Assembly: GCA_030607875.1 (NCBI GenBank)
Contig: JAUWJD010000011.1
Location: 16,165 to 80,164, forward strand
Direction: 5' to 3'
DNA from: Chloroflexota bacterium
GTDB lineage: Bacteria; Chloroflexota; Anaerolineae; UBA2200
DNA: 64,000 bases
A program made the position numbers and the translations under genes. The notes under the pieces are model-generated. The model was not told the DNA's origin. It ran no database searches and was given only the letters and a program-made list of their open reading frames with translations. Shown piece after piece: positions 56,700 to 64,000 of this stretch (positions are counted from its first letter, which is position 1; every line of letters starts with the position of its first letter).

Positions 56700-57278
56700 G
56701 TGACGAATGGAACGACTGCCGCGCCAGAGTCTGCGAGATGCCAGCAAAGTCGGCACTACAAGGAGCCTGAAAGGAGCGCCATCAATCCGTACCTGGCAGC
56801 AGGACTGCTCATCACAACAGCCCTGATACAAACCAGCGTCATGCCCAGGCTTTCTCTGTGGGGCGTGACCCCCGATTTGATGCTGTTGGTGGTTGTCTCG
56901 TGGAGCTTGCTTCGTGGCAACAGCCAGGGCTTTCCCCTGGCGCTCGCTAGCGGTTTGATACTGGACTTGCTTTCCGGCGGTCCTTTTGGCGCTGCCACCC
57001 TGTCCCTTACTCTGGCTAGCATGATCGCGAGTTGGAGCCAACACGGTATCGCCCGTGATTCAATCTGGCTGCCTCTGGCTGCCGCCAGCCTGGCTACAGT
57101 GCTGTACGACGGCATCTATCTCGTCATCCTACGAGCTTGTGGGCGACCAATCACCTGGGGACTGGGATTCTTGCAGGTAATCGTGCCAAGCATAGCATGG
57201 AATGCACTGGCGATGTATCCTGCGTATGGGTTGTTGCGCCGTTTGCACCTGCGCACCGTTTTCGGCCAGAGTGAGTGA
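56700..57278 (+). CDS. mreD: Rod shape-determining protein MreD
   Basis: PDLMLLVV, GLILDL; position in the operon. Confidence 0.9.
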   Translation: MTNGTTAAPESARCQQSRHYKEPERSAINPYLAAGLLITTALIQTSVMPRLSLWGVTPDLMLLVVVSWSLLRGNSQGFPLALASGLILDLLSGGPFGAATLSLTLASMIASWSQHGIARDSIWLPLAAASLATVLYDGIYLVILRACGRPITWGLGFLQVIVPSIAWNALAMYPAYGLLRRLHLRTVFGQSE

Positions 57279-57282
57279 CAAG

Positions 57283-59220
57283 ATGAAAAAGACCCACTCC
57301 AATCTGCGCGTTCTGGTGCTACAGATCCTCATTGTGGCCGCATTTTCGCTGCTGGTGGTCCGGCTCTGGCGACTGCAGGTCGTGCGCTCGGAAGACTACC
57401 GCGTACTGGCGGACGTCAACCGGTTCCGCCTGGTCTCCATCGACGCACCCAGAGGCGTGATCTACGACCGCAGTGGCCGTCTGCTGGTACGGAACGCTCC
57501 CAGCTACACCATCTCTATTGTGCCTGCCGCCTTGCCAGAAGATGGAGAGCTCAGGCACATCGTCCTCTCCCGACTGTCACAACTGCTGGAGATCCCTGTC
57601 AACAACAAGGTAGCCTCCACAGGAGGAGCAGATACCCAACCTGGCATCGAAGAGATATTGGAAGCGAATACACTTTCCCCACACGCTCCAGTTCCAATCA
57701 AAGAAGACGTGGACAAACACGTAGCTTTTCTGATCGAAGAAGAGCATCTTTATCTGCCAGGGGCAGTGGTGGAGGTCACACCAAGGCGCCAATACCCAAC
57801 CGGGGCGGTCACGTCACATTGGCTTGGCTACGTTGGGCGCATCCCTGCGGAACAAGTGCACTACTACCTGGACCAGGCCGACGAGGACTATACCATCAAC
57901 GACCGTGTTGGCCTGATGGGCGTTGAAACCACGTACGAAAGGGAACTGCGGGGTCGCAAAGGCATGAAGCATATCGAGGTGGACGCGTTCGAACGCGAGG
58001 TAAATGTACTGGCCATTGATCCACCCCAACCGGGCAATAGCCTGGTGCTGACCCTGGACCTGGAGTTGCAGCAGGCTGCAGAATCAGCGCTGAGAGAGGG
58101 CATGCACCATGTCGATTGCACGGCCGGCGTTGTGATCGCCATGAACCCGATGAGCGGGGAAATCCTGGCCATGGTCTCCCTGCCCAGCTATGACAACAAC
58201 CTCTTTGCCGGTGGCATCTCGCCCCAGGATTATGGCCAACTGAGCAACAACCCGGAGCGCCCTTTGGTAAACCATGCCGTCAGCGGCCAGTATCCACCGG
58301 GGTCAACTTTCAAGATTGTGGCTGCAGCGGCCGGGCTGGAGGAAGAGGTGATCAACCTTGGGACTCGCCGCACGTGCAAGGGGGAATTGCTGTTGCCCAA
58401 CAAGTATTTTCCTGATGACCCCGCGCAAGCTCAGGTATTCAAATGCTGGTACGAGTGGGGACACGGGTCACTGAGCATCATCGATGCCCTTGCTCTATCG
58501 TGCGATATCTATTTCTACCAAGTCGGCGGTGGCTTTGAGGATTTCGTCGGGCTGGGCATCGAGAGACTGGGTGCGTATGCCCAATCCTTCGGTTTCGGTG
58601 AGCCAACTGGCATTGCACTACCGGGCGAAAGCGCGGGTCTCGTACCCGACGACAAGTGGAAGCGCGTGAACTATGGCCAGTCCTGGGTGACCGGCGACAC
58701 GTACAACGCAGTGATCGGCCAGGGGTTCGTTCTGGTCACACCCTTGCAGTTGTTGAATGCCACTGCTGTGGTTGCCAATGGCGGCACATTGTATCGGCCA
58801 CAGGTGCTCTACCAGATCGTTGACTCTGAGGGTTACATCATACAGGACTTGGCGCCCGAGGTCATCCACGACATCCCAGTCTCTGCGCATAACCTGGAAA
58901 TCGTGCGCCAGGGGATGCGCGCAACAGTAACTAATGGTACGGCACACCGTATCAACCTGAAAGAAGTCGCGGTCGCTGGCAAGACTGGCACAGCCGAATA
59001 CCCAGGCCCCCGGGACGAAGAGGGGAACCTGCCTGCGCACGCCTGGTTCATAGCCTTTGCTCCGTACGAGCAACCGGAGATTGCGCTGATGGTGTTTGTG
59101 TCCGGGGGACACAACGGAGCCGCGGTCGCCGTGCCTATTGCAGCAAAGATCATGCGAGCCTATTTCGAACTGCCGCAGCCTGTTGGAGAGGACATTGTAG
59201 CACCACCGCCTGGAGACTAG
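57283..59220 (+). CDS. mrdA: Penicillin-binding protein 2
   Basis: APRGVIYDR, STFK (SxxK), SCD, KTG. Confidence 0.96.
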   Translation: MKKTHSNLRVLVLQILIVAAFSLLVVRLWRLQVVRSEDYRVLADVNRFRLVSIDAPRGVIYDRSGRLLVRNAPSYTISIVPAALPEDGELRHIVLSRLSQLLEIPVNNKVASTGGADTQPGIEEILEANTLSPHAPVPIKEDVDKHVAFLIEEEHLYLPGAVVEVTPRRQYPTGAVTSHWLGYVGRIPAEQVHYYLDQADEDYTINDRVGLMGVETTYERELRGRKGMKHIEVDAFEREVNVLAIDPPQPGNSLVLTLDLELQQAAESALREGMHHVDCTAGVVIAMNPMSGEILAMVSLPSYDNNLFAGGISPQDYGQLSNNPERPLVNHAVSGQYPPGSTFKIVAAAAGLEEEVINLGTRRTCKGELLLPNKYFPDDPAQAQVFKCWYEWGHGSLSIIDALALSCDIYFYQVGGGFEDFVGLGIERLGAYAQSFGFGEPTGIALPGESAGLVPDDKWKRVNYGQSWVTGDTYNAVIGQGFVLVTPLQLLNATAVVANGGTLYRPQVLYQIVDSEGYIIQDLAPEVIHDIPVSAHNLEIVRQGMRATVTNGTAHRINLKEVAVAGKTGTAEYPGPRDEEGNLPAHAWFIAFAPYEQPEIALMVFVSGGHNGAAVAVPIAAKIMRAYFELPQPVGEDIVAPPPGD

Positions 59221-59224
59221 GCCT

Positions 59225-59959
59225 ATGACCCAAAGACCCATCATGCCGTTTTCTCGTCGTGGCCAGCCCAACAGCCGCAAAGCTGAGGTGGCCAGGATCA
59301 GAATCAAGGGGACGCGCAAAGGGCTGTCCATCGCCCTGGGTAAAGGGGATTGGCACCAATTGTTGAGGAAATTGGATGCCCGCCTGACGCAGGCAGAAGC
59401 CTTTTTCCGGGGCAGCCAGGTCAGCCTGGACACAGGCAGGCGGGACCTCAGCCAGCCAGAACTGGAAGAGCTCATCCATGTCCTGGCAAGTCACGACATT
59501 GAACTGGCCACACTGCAGACTGTCTCCCGGCTGGCCTCGGAGGCAGCACAGGCACTTGAGGTGAGGCTGGGACTGCCTGAACCGATACCCACTCATCCAG
59601 ATACTCCAGTGCCAATGGAAGAATGGAGTGAGGGACTGTTGCTGCGCCGCACGCTGCGCTCGGGACAATCGCTCAAGCAGCCGGGACACGTGGTGATCAT
59701 CGGCGATGTGAACCCCGGCGCCCAAGTCATAGCCGGTGGCGATGTCATAGTCTGGGGTAGATTGCGCGGGATGGTGCACGCAGGAGCGCTGGGCAATGAC
59801 GAAGCCATCGTGTGTGCCCTGGAGCTGCGGCCCATCCAGTTGCGCATCGGGAGCCACATTGCAACATCCCCCGACGAGAAGGAAAGCGCGAGCACGGGGC
59901 CAGAGGTGGCTTCCGTGCTGGACGGTCATATCGTGGCCAGACCGTGGACCAGCAAATAG
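59225..59959 (+). CDS. minC: Septum site-determining protein MinC
   Basis: RTLRSGQ...GDVNPGAQVIAGGDVIVWGRLRGMVHAG. Confidence 0.95.
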   Translation: MTQRPIMPFSRRGQPNSRKAEVARIRIKGTRKGLSIALGKGDWHQLLRKLDARLTQAEAFFRGSQVSLDTGRRDLSQPELEELIHVLASHDIELATLQTVSRLASEAAQALEVRLGLPEPIPTHPDTPVPMEEWSEGLLLRRTLRSGQSLKQPGHVVIIGDVNPGAQVIAGGDVIVWGRLRGMVHAGALGNDEAIVCALELRPIQLRIGSHIATSPDEKESASTGPEVASVLDGHIVARPWTSK

Positions 59960-59989
59960 CCCAAAGGCAGAGAAAGGAACGACACGGCA

Positions 59990-60793
59990 ATGCCAGGGAT
60001 TGCGATTACCTTCACTTCGGGAAAGGGCGGCGTGGGAAAGACTACTGTCACGGCTAACCTGGCCGTCGCGCTAGCACTGCTGGGACGCCGCGTGACAGCC
60101 ATTGACACCGACATCGGCCTGCGCAACCTGGATATTGTGATGGGCATGGAGAATCGCATCATCTACGATATCGTTGACGTAGTCGAGGGACGTTGCCATC
60201 TGTACCAGGCACTCATCCGTGACAAGCGTTTCTCCAGCCTGCACCTTCTGCCGGCTTCTCAGACCCGCGACAAAACAGCCGTTACTCCGCAGGACATGGT
60301 CGCCATCTGCCAGGAACTGAAGAAGAACAACGACTTTGTGCTGATCGATTCACCGGCCGGCATCGAACTTGGTTTCAGGAACGCCCTCGCTGGTGCAGAC
60401 GAGCTGGTGGTCGTTACGACGCCGGAGGTCGCGGCGGTGCGCAGTGCAGATCGCATCCTGGGGCTGATTGAGAGCATCGGAAAGGGATCAAGCCAGCTCA
60501 TCATCAATCGCATCAAACCATCCATGGTCAGACGCGGTGACATGCTGGACACGTTTGATGTGATTGAATTCCTGGCCATCGAATTGTTGGGGGTAGTACC
60601 GGAGGACGAGGCTATCCTCATTGCCACCAACCAGGGCATACCGCTGGCATGCGAGGCAAAAACGCCAGCCGGTCAAGCTTTTCACAACATTGCCTACCGG
60701 CTTTTGGGCGAGGAAGTTCCCTTTCTGCCCATCTTTGAAGAACCAGAGACCCTGTTCACTCGCATTCGACGTGTATTGCGCCTGAGTTACTGA
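59990..60793 (+). CDS. minD: Septum site-determining protein MinD
   Basis: SGKGGVGKTT, DIGLRNLD, DSPAGIE. Confidence 0.98.
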   Translation: MPGIAITFTSGKGGVGKTTVTANLAVALALLGRRVTAIDTDIGLRNLDIVMGMENRIIYDIVDVVEGRCHLYQALIRDKRFSSLHLLPASQTRDKTAVTPQDMVAICQELKKNNDFVLIDSPAGIELGFRNALAGADELVVVTTPEVAAVRSADRILGLIESIGKGSSQLIINRIKPSMVRRGDMLDTFDVIEFLAIELLGVVPEDEAILIATNQGIPLACEAKTPAGQAFHNIAYRLLGEEVPFLPIFEEPETLFTRIRRVLRLSY

Positions 60794-60927
60794 ATAGTGC
60801 GTTAGTTGCTAGACCCAGGCAATCGTTTGTATGTGAAGGTCGAGCCAAAGGGGTCTGGCAATCCCGTCAAAGCCATCGCCCCGCAGAGCGGGATGCTACG
60901 CGACCTGCGGCCTTGCCTTCGGCGGTC

Positions 60928-61001
60928 GCCCACAGGTGCCCACGGGTGCCCACAGGTGCCCACAGGGCATGCAGAGCACATGCAGAGCAGATGCAGAGCA
61001 C
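60928..61001. repeat. Adjacent tandem repeats: GCCCACAGGT x4 and (C/G)ATGCAGAGCA x3
   Basis: Read directly in the minD-minE intergenic region. Confidence 0.9.
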
Positions 61002-61083
61002 GAACGGTTGAGAGTGACTCAACACGTGGTGCAGATGAGCGCAAACGAGAGCGGTGCAGACCACCACCAGAGGAGAGCATAAC

Positions 61084-61374
61084 ATGAATATCTTCTCCAG
61101 ATTGTTCGGCAAACGCACAAGCAGCAAGGAGGTGGCCAAGCAACGCCTTCGCCTGGTGCTCATTCACGATCGATCAGGCATTCCGCCCGAGCTACTGCAC
61201 GTGATTAAGAACGAGATCATCACCGTAATCTCTAAACACGTCTGGGTCGACCGTGAGGGTATTGAGCTGAATCTGTCCCACGAGGAAGGCCATACCAGGC
61301 TGGTGGCTGACATCCCTGTAGCAAGTCTTCGCCAGGGCCAAGCCACTCGCCAGCGGGGAACGAGCCGGCGTTGA
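61084..61374 (+). CDS. minE: Cell division topological specificity factor MinE
   Basis: SKEVAKQRLRLVLIHDR...LVADIP. Confidence 0.95.
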   Translation: MNIFSRLFGKRTSSKEVAKQRLRLVLIHDRSGIPPELLHVIKNEIITVISKHVWVDREGIELNLSHEEGHTRLVADIPVASLRQGQATRQRGTSRR

Positions 61375-61393
61375 GCAGAACAAGAGCACCAAC

Positions 61394-62515
61394 ATGAGCA
61401 AGAGAATGTGGAGGAACTTTGACTTCCTCCTGCTAGTGGCAACCATTCTGCTGATTGCTATAGGCATAGCCCTGGTCTACAGTGCAACCATCTCTACGGA
61501 AGAGAGCACGGAGTGGACCGAACGCAGCTTCTTCCGGCAGATCACGTTCGGGACCAGCGGTCTGCTCATCCTGTTGCTCGCCTCGGCCATAGACTACCAG
61601 ATTCTGGGCATGGCATCGTGGCTGCTCTACGCCTCGGCCATCGGTACCCTGGGTCTGGTCGCCATTATGGGGCAGAGCGGGTACGGAGCACAGAGTTGGC
61701 TGAGCCTGCGCAGGAGCGTACAGCCTTCAGAGTTGGTCAAGATCCTGTTGATCCTGTTCCTGGCCAAGTACCTGGCAGACCACGAAGAGCAGCGCCACGA
61801 ACTGCGCTGGCTGCTGTTCTCTGCAGTCCTGATGGTCCCGCCCATTTTGCTGATCTACCGCCAGCCTGACCTGGGCACGGCCCTGGTGCTTGCCGCCATC
61901 TGGCTGGGTATGGTTTTTGCCGCGGGCATTCGCGTGCAGCATCTGGGGCTGCTGGGCATCGCAGCAGGTGCCGCTGTTCCGGCGATTTGGTTCTCACTCA
62001 AGGACTATATGCAAGAGCGCATCCTTGTCTTTGTCAATCACTTCCTGAACCCTGCCAGCGCCGCCTCGGTGATGGATTACAACACGCGCCAGGCTCTGAC
62101 CAGCATCGGTTCCGGAGGCTTGTTCGGCAAGGGCTTTATGCACGGCACGCAAAGCCAGCTCTACTTCCTGCGCGTCCGACACACCGATTACATATTCTCG
62201 GTGCTCTCTGAAGAACTAGGCTTTGTCGGCTCGATCGGGTTATTGGTGCTGTTTCTGGTCTTGCTCTGGCGCATCCTGCGTGTGGCCCATATGGCCCGCG
62301 ATTCCTTTGGCCAACTGATCGCCTGCGGCGTGGGGACGATGATCTTTTTTCAAAGCTTTATCAACATCGGTGTGAACATGGGGCTGTTGCCAGTAACTGG
62401 CCTGACACTGCCTTTGGTCAGCTATGGTGGCAGTTCACTCTGGGCTACGCTGCTGGGGATTGGCCTGGTAGAGAGCGTGGCCCTGCGGCACAAGAAACTG
62501 GAATTCGGGGATTAG
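61394..62515 (+). CDS. rodA: Rod shape-determining protein RodA
   Basis: QPSELVK, QPDLGT, IGSGGLFGKG, HTDYIF, LPLVSYGGSS. Confidence 0.96.
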   Translation: MSKRMWRNFDFLLLVATILLIAIGIALVYSATISTEESTEWTERSFFRQITFGTSGLLILLLASAIDYQILGMASWLLYASAIGTLGLVAIMGQSGYGAQSWLSLRRSVQPSELVKILLILFLAKYLADHEEQRHELRWLLFSAVLMVPPILLIYRQPDLGTALVLAAIWLGMVFAAGIRVQHLGLLGIAAGAAVPAIWFSLKDYMQERILVFVNHFLNPASAASVMDYNTRQALTSIGSGGLFGKGFMHGTQSQLYFLRVRHTDYIFSVLSEELGFVGSIGLLVLFLVLLWRILRVAHMARDSFGQLIACGVGTMIFFQSFINIGVNMGLLPVTGLTLPLVSYGGSSLWATLLGIGLVESVALRHKKLEFGD

Positions 62516-62666
62516 TGCACGCTCGGCAGGCACGGAAACGGCTGGAGCCATCACTACGGCCTGAGACGAGGCGTGGCCTTTGTAGCTGCAACTTCAGTCG
62601 TGACTTCCCGTGTTGGGAAGCGACCAAGTCGCCACTACAGACTGTTCACAACTGTCGGAGGTATTG

Positions 62667-64000
62667 ATGTCTGACGTTCGGGTGCGTTTCGCTCCAAGCC
62701 CCACTGGATATTTCCATCTCGGCTCAGCTCGCAGCCTGCTGTTCAATTGGCTGTTCGCGCGACGACATGGGGGCAAGTTCATCCTGCGCATCGAAGACAC
62801 CGACCGTAAGCGCTTCCACGAAGAGGCCGTGCCAGATATGCTGGACGGCATGCGCTGGCTCGGCCTGGACTGGGACGAAGGCCCAGAAGTAGGAGGGCCA
62901 TATGGGCCTTATTTCCAGTCGCAACGCCTCGCCCTGTACCCAAAATATGCACAAAAGCTGCTGGACTCTGGCGACGCCTACAAATGCTACTGCAGCTCCG
63001 AGACTCTGGAGCAGATGCGCAAGGGGCAGCTACAGCGCCGGCAGTCGCCGGGCTATGACCGTCGCTGTAGAGAACTGACAGAGCAGCAGAGAGCAGCAAA
63101 GGAAGCCCAGGGCCTTGTGCCGGTGATACGGCTGAAAGCCCCGCTTACAGGACAGACCTCTTTCCACGACCTGATCCGCGGCGAGATCAGTGTTCAGAAC
63201 GAGCAGCTTGACGACCTGATACTGCTCAAATCCGACGGCTTCCCCACCTACCATCTCGCTGTGGTGGTTGACGACCACCTGATGGAAATCTCGCACGTGC
63301 TGCGGGCCGACGAGTGGATTCCCACGACACCCCACCGGATGCTGCTTTACCGCGCATTTGGCTGGACCCCGCCGCTGTACGCGCACCTGCCGGTTATCCT
63401 CTCCCCCACCGGCCAGGGCAAGATGAGCAAACGAAAGACGGTCGGAGCAGATGGCCGTGAGTACGACGTGATGATTCGCGAGTTCCGCGCGGCAGGCTAC
63501 CTGCCGGAAGCGCTGTTCAATATGCTGGCGCTGATAGGCTGGTCCTACGACGACAAGACCGAGATCCTGACCCGCGAGCAGATCATACAGCATTTCGGTC
63601 TGGATCACGTCAGCAGCGCCCCTGCCAAGTTCAGTTACAAGAAACTTGACTGGATGAACGGCGTGTACATTCGCAGTCTGGAGATCGATGACCTGGCTGC
63701 GCGCATTCAGCCCTTCTTGTCTCGGGCTGGCTTGGATGCCGATGCCGACACGGTGCGACGCATCACTCCCCTGATCCAGGAACGCCTGGTCAAACTGGCT
63801 GATGCGGTGAGCTGGACGGACCTTTTCTTCATTGACGAGCTGGAGTACGACTCGGCCTGGCTGGTGCAGAAGAAAATGACTGTGGAGCAGACGCAACAGG
63901 TGTTGGCTGAATCGCAGCAGGTACTGAGCTCGCTGCCGGATTTCGATGAGGCGTCCATCGAAACGGCCTTGCGGCACAAAGTGGAGGAGATGGGGCTCAA
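62667..64000 (+). CDS. gltX: Glutamate--tRNA ligase (partial, runs off window end)
   Basis: Hand translation MSDVRVRFAPSPTGYFHLGS...RIEDTD...KMSKR; absent from the ORF track because there is no stop in the window. Confidence 0.97.
   Translation, partial: MSDVRVRFAPSPTGYFHLGSARSLLFNWLFARRHGGKFILRIEDTDRKRFHEEAVPDMLDGMRWLGLDWDEGPEVGGPYGPYFQSQRLALYPKYAQKLLDSGDAYKCYCSSETLEQMRKGQLQRRQSPGYDRRCRELTEQQRAAKEAQGLVPVIRLKAPLTGQTSFHDLIRGEISVQNEQLDDLILLKSDGFPTYHLAVVVDDHLMEISHVLRADEWIPTTPHRMLLYRAFGWTPPLYAHLPVILSPTGQGKMSKRKTVGADGREYDVMIREFRAAGYLPEALFNMLALIGWSYDDKTEILTREQIIQHFGLDHVSSAPAKFSYKKLDWMNGVYIRSLEIDDLAARIQPFLSRAGLDADADTVRRITPLIQERLVKLADAVSWTDLFFIDELEYDSAWLVQKKMTVEQTQQVLAESQQVLSSLPDFDEASIETALRHKVEEMGL

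Noticed and set aside
54709-62515. mreBCD-mrdA-minCDE-rodA order as unusual
   Set aside because: A common conserved arrangement; only the minD-minE gap is notable
1-64000. CRISPR array, rRNA or tRNA genes
   Set aside because: No regularly spaced repeat-spacer series, and no tRNA or rRNA-like sequence recognised by eye
63030-64000. Minus-strand ORFs at the window end
   Set aside because: Antisense to gltX

Overview
Bacterial, GC-rich DNA, most likely Chloroflexota (Anaerolineae-like). This is inferred from the mreBCD-pbp2-minCDE-rodA order, the AGAAC-N4-GTTCT LexA box, YLPxV-motif secreted proteins and PT-linker/dockerin proteins. Layout: (1) 1-5 kb, part of a surface-polysaccharide operon (GT4, O-antigen ligase, MurJ-like flippase, GT), apparently missing its 5' genes. 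(2) 5.4-26.5 kb, a mosaic accessory region: a RecA-family AAA_25 ATPase next to a LexA box, dockerin-bearing secreted proteins, a HEPN-like ORF, msrPQ, a run of co-oriented cassette-like genes with degenerate integron attC sites but no integrase, a cat homolog, many REP/MITE elements, and a promoter-leader-terminator module present in four copies plus one partial copy. (3) 26.5-45.3 kb, envelope genes (three acyltransferase-3 paralogs, two GIN-domain lipoproteins, a large S8 protease) and a NarL-type two-component system with duplicated triple operator boxes. (4) 45.7-64 kb, core genome: glmS with an upstream glmS ribozyme carrying a 46-nt insertion, flavin reductase-rubredoxin, UDP-GlcA decarboxylase, GT2, a glycoside hydrolase/O-antigen ligase fusion, rplY, mreBCD, mrdA, minCDE, rodA and partial gltX. 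The best candidates for new biology are the repeated attenuator-like leader RNA, the integrase-less attC array and the variant glmS ribozyme. All alignments and folds were done by eye and no database searches were run, so family calls rest on recognised motifs.
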